DNA of 64,000 nucleotides, from positions 62,001-126,000 of the forward strand of contig NIVC01001265.1 of assembly GCA_002269645.1 (NCBI GenBank), given 5' to 3'. The stretch's first letter is position 1. Each line of letters opens with the position of its first letter. The position numbers and the translations under genes were made by a program. A model generated the notes under the pieces. The model saw only the letters and a program-made list of their open reading frames with translations, had not been told where the DNA came from and did no database searches. This DNA is from Macrostomum lignano. Its lineage: Eukaryota. Below, piece after piece: positions 40,861-58,403 of this stretch.

Positions 40861-41220
40861 GTGCAATAATTGTTCGATTCCTACCGTATTAATCGCACTA
40901 GTTGAATTTGATTTTGCACAAAAATTTTTCGTCAATAAAATTTCCGGTGTTACGTGAAGACTAAGAAGACTACACCGTATGATATCGTCCGATTTGTCGA
41001 CCTTAAAGTCAAAAAACAAATACAAGAGATAACAATTTGACAAGAAACCGTCTAAAGACTGCAATAATTATTCAATTGCTACCGTATTAATCGCATTGGT
41101 TAAATTTGATTTTGCACAATATTTCTTCGTCAAAAAATTTCCGGTTTTACGTGAAGACCGAGAAAACTATAGACCGTATGATCTCGTCCGATTTGTCGAC
41201 TTTAAAGTAAAAAAAACAAT
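40861..41220. repeat. ~197-bp tandem duplication upstream of STK32
   Basis: GCAATAATT..CTACCGTATTAATCGCA..CGTCCGATTTGTCGAC occurs twice. Confidence 0.85.
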
Positions 41221-41658
41221 CCTAAATCATTTTCTTTGGAAAAAAATTGACTGCTAAAGATTTTGCAGCTTCATCGTTAGCTGTTTTGATTTACTTCTCC
41301 ATCTCGCACTAGTTAAAAAAAAACATTTTCTAAGAAAGATTCATCTAATTATGTGTTCTTAAGGATTATAGCTATCTGCAGCTTTTGTACCGTTCGGCTA
41401 ATCTAAAACATGTAAGTTTGAATATTTACTATTCTGAAAAATTTATATAGCTTTGCAGAATTTCGTGGCAAGCATTTTCCTATTGTATTAGGTACTATTT
41501 CTGTTTAAGCTGCTTTTGCGAACTGACAGCGTACTCTGTTGTTTTGTTGTTGTTAAGCTGCAGTCTATGCCATAGTCTATGCCGCAGTCTACATGTAATG
41601 CCACAACCACTTGATACCCTTCCAGCGCACCATCCGCCGAGAGCGCCTCCGATCTGGC

Positions 41659-49108
<7,450 letters not shown>

Positions 49109-49218
49109 TAAATGACTTTGAAGGACATTTCGAAATGGAACAGTCAATAATTGATTAGTACATGTAAATTATGCAAACAGCCAAGTATTTGCTGCTCAGT
49201 TTGTATCTTGATTTGGTT

Positions 49219-49224
49219 AATAAA
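49219..49224 (+). terminator. Candidate polyadenylation signal of STK32
   Basis: AATAAA ~110 nt after the stop codon. Confidence 0.45.
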
Positions 49225-49906
49225 TAGAGAAGTGAACCACAGAAGTCAAGTTCTACGATAAGATCGCTGTTTGTGTACGTAGGTATGCATCGAGCTTTAA
49301 TAGTGAAGCATTAGTTAAACATAAGTTAGCTGTTGTTTCCTCACTCTGATACTCTAACATGCGTTTAACTTTTATTCATTAGATCAAGTTAAACAACCGA
49401 TGCTATGTGCTTCTGAATTAAATGAATTCAAAGCATTCTGCACCTGTCAACCACAACGCTGTACATGCATATAATCGTTTCTATTATAATATAGCTTTCA
49501 TGATTCGCGGCTTCATTAATAGCGTAGCTATCGGAGTTTTCTAGGATTATCTCAGCAAGCCAGTCTTTTCTAGGAGTCATTTTATTACATGTATATAGTT
49601 TAAAAATCTGTCAGTATTACGTATCATGTGAGCCCTTGTGTCTGTACCAAAGACGAATGCCTGTGCGTACAAGCATTAATGACGCACGACGACGTGTAGC
49701 GAAGAAAATAGAGGACACGACGACTAATGAAATAGCGTTGCATGTACGTTAAAGTTAAATACTGACATGTATACAGTAGTAGGTAAAATATATTCCTTGG
49801 CAAAAAAATGTTTTTTTTCTCTATTCCTGAACTCATTGAGCCTTAGGCGCGTCAAGTTCTTTCTACAGTACATGGTTGGTCAGCCGTCATTGACTAGTAT
49901 ACAGTA

Positions 49907-51179
49907 CAGGGGAAGTAAAAAAGTAATGATAAGTCCCCCCCCCCCAGGGTCAGGCACTTCTCCATGCGGTGTCGCCATCTCTCCAGGCCATACGCGTAGA
50001 ACTCAGGAGGCTGTGCAGCAAGCCACAGTACAGTAGCCTTTTTGGCAGCCTCTGTCCTCATGTTGGACTCCTTTGTTCGCTTCCTTCAGGTTGGGAAACA
50101 AAAAAGTCTTAAGGAGCCAAATCAAAGCTATATGGAGGATGCTGGAGGATTTCCCAGCGGAAATCTCGCAGGGCTTCACGGCAGAGCCGAGAAGTGTGAG
50201 CTGGTGCATTGTCGCGGTGAAAGAGAATCCTACGGTGCAGCTTGCCATGTCGCTTTTTGGTCAGTTCGGAGTGAAACTTTTGCAAAAGCGACTCATATTA
50301 GGTGGCATTGCTGATGGTCTTCTGGCTTTCCAAGAAGTCCACCATCACCACTCCCTCAACATCCCAGAAGATGGTCGCCAAGACCTTCGCTGCAGACCCT
50401 TCCGCACGGAACTTCTTGTTGGGGCCCGCTGAACCTCATGGCAGCCACTCCTTGGATTGGACCTTGGACTCGGGATTGTACTGAAATATCCATGTTTAAT
50501 CCCCAGTCACTAAGCGTTGGTAAAAGTTTTCTGATTCAGCGTCCAAGCAGTTCAGCAGGCTGATGGCGCACTCAGTGCGCTGAACCCGGTGTTCAGGCCG
50601 CAACAGCCGCGGGACCCAGCGGGCACTCAGCTTGCTCAGACCAAGAGTCCGTCACTTAATGGAGTGAGCACTGCCATGAGAGATGTCCACTTGGTCAGCA
50701 ATATTGTCTATGGTCACGAGCCAATCCTGCTCAATCACCTGCTGCACAGCTGCCATATTTTCCTCTGTGCACGATGTTTGTGGGCCTTAACTCGATCCCT
50801 CCACTGCATGGGCGTCCTTATTCGGACTCTCGGCCTCCCTTAAAAGCCTAAATCCAGCAGTAAATTGTTGGATCTGGTGGAGCAGTGTCCCCCTAGACCT
50901 TCTTCAAAGCGTCAATGATTTCAGCTGGCTACCAACTAAGTTTTACTAGAAACTTCACCTTAGTGCGAGCTTCGATTTTTTATTTTTCCGTTGCTGAAAG
51001 GGTATACTGTGATTAGAGCGTCGATCATCATGCGCAGACATCAATCACTTTAGAAGAACCAAAACTCTGTCAAATAAATAACAAAAGATATTTTTCTCAA
51101 ATGAAACCAGTTGCAGTTCAATACCTCTTATATTTTAGGCGTTGCAGCAAACTTATCATTACTTTTTGACTTCCCCTCG
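49907..51179 (-). mobile_element. Full-length decayed mariner, Hsmar2/irritans-like (1273 bp)
   Basis: ~28-bp TIRs C(G)AGGGGAAGT(A/C)AAAAAGTAATGATAAGT flanked by TA at both ends. Manual minus-strand translation gives KIEARTKVKFLVKLSW, SKLSARWVPRLLRPE, VTGD*TWIFQY, HRDNAPAH, HPPYSFDLAP*DF (D34D) and EFYAYGLERWRHRMEKCL, with many stops and frameshifts. Confidence 0.92.
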
Positions 51180-52816
51180 TAGCCGTACAGCCAATTGGAG
51201 TCATTTGGGGGAACCTATCGGCAACACGCATGGAGATAGCCGAATAGCCTTCAAAGATTTTTTTCTAAACATATCCATTTTTTAGGAGTAAGGAATCTGT
51301 GTCATGTCTGATATCTCGGTGGCAGTGCCTCTTGACATTCGTGTTATAAATAGCACAATTACGTATATATACTTTTCTAGCTAAATCTGTAATAGCCCGA
51401 AAATATATAAAGTTTTAAATTTTTAAATATACCTGAAAATATCAAAATTTACGGCAGTGAATTTAAAAAAACAACTAAATTTGTTAAACTAGATAGTTTA
51501 TTTGAACACTTTTCCTTTCCTTTTCTTATGCGGAAATAACAATTCGTAATAATAAAAGGGTGGTTGGTATACCGTGAGGCGTTTACGGAGCTCTCGCGAC
51601 AGTATTTATCTATACAATAGTTGGCATGCTTCATCTTTCCTCAAGATAAGGGCCAGTGGCCTTCCCATATATTACCCTAAGCCTAATATAATGTGCAAAA
51701 AGTATTTTTCTTATCTTCGACATTTGTGAAAACTGAAAACATGTTTTAATTTTTAATTCTACTATATAAGACCATAGGAGTCAAGACTAAGACTAGGCAG
51801 CCCCCCCAAGACTACTACTAACAATCAACACTAACGCCAGTCTTTCAAATTCAAAAAACAAATTTAATTTAAGTAAGTCTTTATTCCTATTTCTAGGCTT
51901 ATAAGAAATAGCATAGAGGCCTATGTAATAAATAGGCAATTAGATAATAGCATGCACGGTAAGCAATTATTTAGGCCCTAGACAAACCTACTTGGAGCGT
52001 TCAAAGATTTTAAAGCTATTAAACCTAATTGCCTATCGCCGGTCGGTGAGTCCTACCAGTCTTTCTCCAATAGCCGCAGGTACAGTACAAGAAAAGAAAG
52101 AACACGAGGGAACACAAACCGAAAGATTTAGAGAGTGATAATCCTATGTGATACAACTGATAATTGGCTAGACGATTTAATTTGATTACTCAAGTTACAG
52201 GATTCAAGCAAATTCGCGACGCAGATAATTAGACTGATGATAATGAATAGTAACGATTAATAATAATGTAATTATATTACACACTGACAAGCGGATCTCA
52301 GCTTGAAGAAGAAGAAGGAAGCACCAAACACAGGACCACGGAGAAAGACTCCTAACCCCTGGCCTAAGCCAGAACCTACTCTCAAACGAGAGCCCTGCCG
52401 AATCGACCATTCAACGGAGTACCGACTAAATTCTATCGGCACTGCCCTTCAGTGTAACACTGAGGCCCTCGGGGTCGAGGCCGCGTACTTGATCAGATCC
52501 GACAGTCTCTATCTAACCGCGCTTGATAGCGACGACTTCAGACAGGAATTTGCCGTAGACGTTACGCCACAAGACTACTGCGGTTGGGCGGGAACAAAGA
52601 TACGGACCGGGGGTGATGAATTCAGGCGCCTCAAAGCGCGAACCAACAAGAGGAGAAAATCGGGCCACCGGCCGGGAAGCTGGACAAGACAAAACCGGGG
52701 AAAGGGAGAGAGAAGGCGAGATAAAGTTTCAGAAAGTTTGGAGTTGATGGTTAATAGTAATAAGCAATTGTACATTAGATTATTTATAGTCATGAAATAC
52801 AATTTCCAAGTTACAG

Positions 52817-53950
52817 CTACCAATCACTATCACTGTCGCTTCTATCGCCAGATGCGTCCACAGATTGATTGCTGGCTTGCTCCACGTATTCACCATTTAC
52901 GGAGATACATTTTTGGTAGCGCTCAATCAGCTTGTCAAAGCCAGACTCCCAGAAGCTGGCATCAAACTAATGCAGAGACTTGTTGGCTGCTTCGATGACC
53001 TCTTTGCACATTGTGAAGATCTCGCCACGCATTGGTATCTTCATTGGGCCAAAGAGGTGAAAATTGGCAATGGCAAGATCGGGACTGTAGGCTGGGTAGT
53101 TCAGCAGTCGGAAGCCTAGCTCTTCCGCCTTGGCTTGCGTGCAAGCAACAGCATGAAGAGGCGCATTGTCCCAGAGAATGAAGGGCTTCTGGCGCATAAT
53201 GCGACGCTTACTCAGAACAGCATCACGCAGGCGGTGGAGCTGATTGATGACATAGTTGGCATTGATGGTCTGACCTTGGGGCAGGTGGTCAACCATTAGC
53301 ATACCACGAGCATCAAACCACATAGTGCACATAACACTCTGCGTCCATGCCGACTTCATGGCCTTCTGGTGCAGGTGGCTTCCTTTTGGGCCCCAATGCA
53401 TAGTCTGCTGTTTTGTCTGCGGTTGAAACATGGGCAGTGGTGTTTCATCCATTGTGATGAGCAGCTCTTTGAACTTGCTATCACCCAGTTCGTTCCATAA
53501 CACCCAGTTCTCTAGTGAGTAACGCACGTGTGCTTTCTTGTGCTCTTCCGTCAGTTCACGTGGCACCCACTTTGCACAAATCTTGGAGTAGCCTTGGCAT
53601 TGCAGAATGCGGCACACAGATGAGTAGTGGATTCCAACAACACTCTCCATTTCACGCATGCATGCAGACGGATTTTCTTTCAAATAGTCAAGCACAGCAG
53701 TTGTTTTGTCATGACCTGTGCTCAAGCGAGGATGCCCAGATTGAGAGGCATTAGCGATGTTGGTGACATCGTCAGCAGCAAGTCAGTGATGCTCAAACAC
53801 TTGAGTGCAACCCAGGGCGTGAACACCGAAAGCAAGATGCACCTCATCAAAGGTCTGTATTGCTGTTTTGCCCTGTTGTTGGCATGCCATGATAAAGTGG
53901 CGCTGGCTTTCTTTAGACCCAAACTCCGATGGATTCTTCGGTCAACTCAT
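52817..53950 (-). pseudogene. mariner transposase pseudogene (second family)
   Basis: One continuous frame, 53950 ATG to 52817 TAG, with three internal stops. HTH region, WVPRELT, TMDET, WDNAPLH, YSPDLAIAN (third catalytic D replaced by N) and C-terminal ERYQKCISVNGEYVE. Confidence 0.9.
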
Positions 53951-54173
53951 TTTCGCTCACTTTTGGTTTGTGAAAAATTGTGTCAATAGCTTCAAAGGGT
54001 TGCAACTTATTTTGGCCCTGATGTAACCTGTGATTGACTAAGCTGCAAAAATTTTTAGGAAAAGTTTTTTTTATGGCTGAATACAAGTACCATAGACATC
54101 AATTTTCAGCCAAATCAAACACAAATTGTCACCAGGATTAGCATTAGTCCAGAAACTTTTGCAATACCCCTTG
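52817..54173 (-). mobile_element. Second mariner element; only the upstream TIR is clear
   Basis: TIR-like GTCCAGAAACTTTTGCAATACCCCTTG plus TA at 54147-54175. Only a weak match near 52710-52735 at the other end. Confidence 0.7.
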
Positions 54174-54497
54174 TATTTAGAATTTTCAGGTTCTAATGAA
54201 ATATACACAATTACATACAAAAATAGCCAAGTTCAAGGCTAATGTAATCATGTAGTAATGTAACCAACCAATATTAAAAGCTCTTTAAAAACAATCAAAA
54301 ACTTGATAAAATAGAAAATATTAACTCAATCATAAGAAAAACAAAATTAAAACAAAGAATAGTAGTTTTTAGCAAAAAATATCCATTTTAAAGTTTCGTA
54401 AAACAAATATATAAAATATATTATATATAAAATAAATATATAATTTTTAAAAAAAATTTAAACAGTTTAAGGCGTGGTAGAACATTTTTTTATTTTA

Positions 54498-55389
54498 TCT
54501 CTACCTATAAAAATCAAAACTCTGTGTGTGTGTGTGTGTGTGTGGACAATTTTGATCGCTATGGACTCCCAAACCACTCAACCAAATTACACCAAACTTT
54601 ACACCCACCCTAAACTCACTACGGAGAATGTCTTAGGCTACCTTTTAATTTCCTAGACTCAAGTCTTCCTACCTAAAAGTACAAAAAACTGCTCAAAATG
54701 CGCGATTTTTTCACTAAATCTCTACCTATAAAAATCAAAACTCTGTGTGTGTGTGTGTGTGTGTGGACAATTTTGATCGCTATGGACTCCCAAACCACTC
54801 AACCAAATTACACCAAACTTTACACCCACCCTAAACTCACTACGGAGAATGTCTTAGGCTACCTTTTAATTTCCTAGACTCAAGTCTTCCTACCTAAAAG
54901 TACAAAAAACTGCTCAAAATGCGCGATTTTTTCACTAAATCCTCCATAGCGCCGCTCCACTTCTACCGATTCTCTTTAAATTTGACACAGGCAATTTTCA
55001 ACTATTTTGACACAATCGTGTAAAATTTTAAATCTCAAAGTTAATCCTGAAAGCCGCTGTGCACTTTTAAAGTTAGGCTGTTTTTTTCAGCGTAGCAACC
55101 ACCCCAACCTCCGCCCGCCTGCCTCTCTTTCCCGATCTGGGCCCAGATGTGTAAAAGGGTTTCAAAATTGACTAACTTTCAGCTGCCATAAGTTTGCTCC
55201 ACGTAAAGCGATTGACTCCCAACTTGATACAATTCTTCATTGACTCATTCTCTATCTAAATGTAAAGTTTCAACTCTGTAACTCAACCGAAAAAGAAATT
55301 GTAAGCATGTGAAGTTTGTCTGCTTTTTCTGTTGTTTGTGCCACTCACTCACTCATTCCTCCAGAGCCAGACGAAGGGTCAGGCGATAG
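54498..55389 (+). mobile_element. Helitron-like non-autonomous element with a tandemly duplicated 221-bp 5' end
   Basis: A|TCTCTACCTATAAAA followed by (TG)n, repeated exactly at 54498 and 54719. Hairpin GCCAGAC-GAAG-GGTCAGGC at 55366-55384. A canonical CTRR end is not seen. Confidence 0.5.
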
Positions 55390-55929
55390 GACTGAATGTA
55401 CATAGCAAATGTACAGTGTTTTGGAATAACTTTATTTATAGCCTTCTCTGCACCCCGAGAGTGGAGAGGCTACGTTTAGCCATAACAGTTTAGTGAGAAA
55501 TTCTAACCACTGCCCTCCCCTCTGTATTGGCAAACTCTGCAGCAGTTTAACAGTGGATGGCAATTGGCAATTGGCAAATCGAGGGAATCCACTATCCAGC
55601 ATGGTTTGTAAAAGCGAAAGATTTATGAAAAGGCGATGCGATGCAATGCAATACAACCCTACTAAATTAGGCACACCATGGAAATTTTAGGTTTCTTTTA
55701 AAGGTACTGTGTAAATATTAAATGGCCTCCTAAGAAATGCGTATTTCCTTGGTTGTTAGACTGATGCAGACTGCAGTGGAGCTGAAGATACACAAATGAC
55801 AAATTCCTTTCAGGGCTGCAAATTGGCAAGAAAGATGACGTGATCAAAGCATGAGAACAACCATGAGAGTACTATGTCCCACAAACTGGCTTTCCAAGCA
55901 GGGATGGGCAGACTTTTACCTCAAAAGCC

Positions 55930-56650
55930 AGATAAAGAATCCAGCTCATAGCTGAGGGGCAGATGAAAGTGGAAAGAAGAAGGAATAGACGATTCGAAGA
56001 GAGGAGAGGCGACAGAGGGGATAAAAGAAAAGATAAAAGATAATAGGAGAGATGAGGGGGTGAGGACGATGAGAGAAGAGGGGAGAGAGGAAAAGCGAGA
56101 GGAGAGAGTAGAGATGAGAGAGCAGAGAGCTGCAGATGAGAGGAGAGAGGAGACCGCAGAGAGGAGAGCAGAGAGGAAACAGGTGAAAGAAGAGATGAGA
56201 GAGTAAAGGGAAGAGAGAAGAGATAAAGATACATCTCTACATCTCTAAGGTTCTAGAGATGAGAGAGGTGGAAGGAGAGATGAGAGATGAGAGATGAGAG
56301 ATAACGGAGAGAGGAGAGTGGAGTGAGAGAAGAGAGGGAGACAGAGTATAGAAAAGGGAAGAGAAGAGAAAAGAAGAAAGGAGAAAGGAAAGTGAGGAGT
56401 CAAAAGAGGGGAAAGAAAAGAGTACAGAGGAGAGAGGTGAGAGAACATATAAGACAGAGATGCCAGATTAAAGAGGGGGATGAGAGAGCAGATACGAGAG
56501 TGAACAGATAAAAGATGGGAGAGTAGAGAGAACAGAGGAGAGGTTACAGAGACGAGAGGAGAGAGGAGAGACAAAGGTAGAGAAGTGAGTGAGGAGAGAG
56601 GAGAGGAAAGAGGAGAATGGAGAGGGGAGAGAGTAGAGAGAGGAGGAGAG

Positions 56651-56714
<64 letters not shown>

Positions 56715-57110
56715 AGCAGAGAGAAATGAGAAGAGATAAGAGAGAAAAGATAAAAGAAGAGAAAGGAAAGATGAGAGAGCAAAGACGAGAGAGAAAAGAG
56801 GTGAGGGAAGAGACGAGAGAAGAGGGGAGAGATGAGAGAGTAGAGGAGAGAGTTAAGAGAAGAGAGAAAAGAATAGAAAGGAGAAGGAAGATAAGAGAGA
56901 AGAGGGGGTGAGAGGAGAGAGGAGAGGGGGAGAGAGGAGAGAGGAGAGGAGAGAGAAGAGGAGAGAGAAAAGAAGAGACAAGAGATGAGATAAGAGAGAT
57001 TAAAGAGAAGAGAGATGAGGGAAGATACGAGAGAAGAGGGGAGAGAGGAGAGATGAGAGAGGAGAGACGAGGGACGAGAGAGATGAGAGGAAACAAAGAG
57101 ATGATAGAAA
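55930..57110. repeat. 1.2-kb degenerate GA polypurine tract
   Basis: Strong A/G strand bias, includes a perfect (GA)n. Confidence 0.9.
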
Positions 57111-57859
57111 TTTTAAAGGATCCAAGGGACGTAGGGAGAGTCAGGGAGAGACCAGAGTTTAGCAATATATGTTTTAGAGTCAGACAGACATTGCCTGACA
57201 CTCTGCGCAGTACCCCAGCCAACAATGTCTCAAACCCTAATTTTACACGAATGTCCTCCATTTTATGTCTACCTCTATCCTACTAACTATTAACAAGTTT
57301 TTGTTTGTGTATGGCCTTAGATTTCAGAATACATGCAAAAGTAGTTCCGGGTATTGGAATTCCCTGGGTTTCAAAATCCACGGGTTTCAACAGCTTGTAT
57401 TTGTATAAAATTAAAAAAACATTTTTCATTCTGGCATATACCTGCCATAATCCAGACTATGGCATAAATAGAAATTTTTTTAAGGTAAAACATTTGTATC
57501 ATTTATATTAATTTTATTATGCCATTGGTAATGTTATTAAAAATTTAGCAATATTGCAAAAATAACATTTTATCAAATTTTGGCTTATAAGATACCAAAA
57601 TTGACTAAATTTTGGCACAAAGGTAAAACTCTTTCCTAACACATGGTATACATATTTTTGACCAAAAAAATCAAAGCACAATATGTATATAAGAATTAAG
57701 TCACAAATATAAATATAGCAAACTATAAGCTACATTTATGAATTCTTTCTTAGAAAATATAGTATTTAAATTTCTGCTCAAAGTTATATTTTTGTTTAAA
57801 TGTTCTAAAATCAAATAATATTCTACAAAATAAAAGTTTGTTTTAACTATATCATTTGA

Positions 57860-58151
57860 CAGACATGCTCAACCTCCAAAATTTGGTCGGTTGTGCAACT
57901 TAGTTTTAACAAAAATGCGACAGTTTTTGGTAAAAATGCAACTTATATAAAAGAAGCCCTAAAGCAAAATTAATGCAACTTTGGGTAAACAGCAGGAGTA
58001 ACTATGACTGTCTTATTAAGGCCAAATGCCTCATCATCTACTTAGTACTACTTTGGTATTTATTCAGATAGGCATTTTTGCAACTTACCTTGATTGGCTG
58101 CCAAATTGGTTGGCCGGATCAGCCAACTTGGCCAACTGTTGTGCATGTATG
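57860..58151. mobile_element. hAT-type MITE, copy 2 (292 bp), carrying a 28S rRNA fragment
   Basis: TIRs CAGACATGCTCAAC / GTTGTGCATGTATG. Perfect 8-bp TSD TCATTTGA (57852-57859, 58152-58159). Aligns end to end with the reverse complement of copy 1. Confidence 0.85.
57967..58046 (+). pseudogene. 28S rRNA-derived fragment inside MITE copy 2
   Basis: GGGTAAACAGCAGGAGTAACTATGACTGTCTTATTAAGGCCAAATGCCTCATCATCTACTTAGT: 54/64 to the conserved LSU sequence by hand. Confidence 0.85.
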
Positions 58152-58403
58152 TCATTTGAACTATATAAATAGGAGCCCAGAGTAGGCCAAGTAAATAGCA
58201 ACTTAAGATTATGACAATTTGTCTATTCAACATCTTGCAAGCTTGAGCTAACAAAGTCATTTGCATATTAAATTGCTATTTGCAGTATTTAAAAGACTTA
58301 TTCATTTCTTAGAGCAAAACCCTCAGTTGGGAATATTAGAAATCCACTAAATGCAAGAATCGCCTCGGCATTAATCCCAAATGATAATATTAATGCCAAG
58401 ATT

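Noticed and set aside
52303-52998. 231-aa plus-strand ORF
   Set aside because: No recognisable motif. Its 3' part is antisense to the mariner C-terminus. It may be a fragment of another repeat but cannot be supported.
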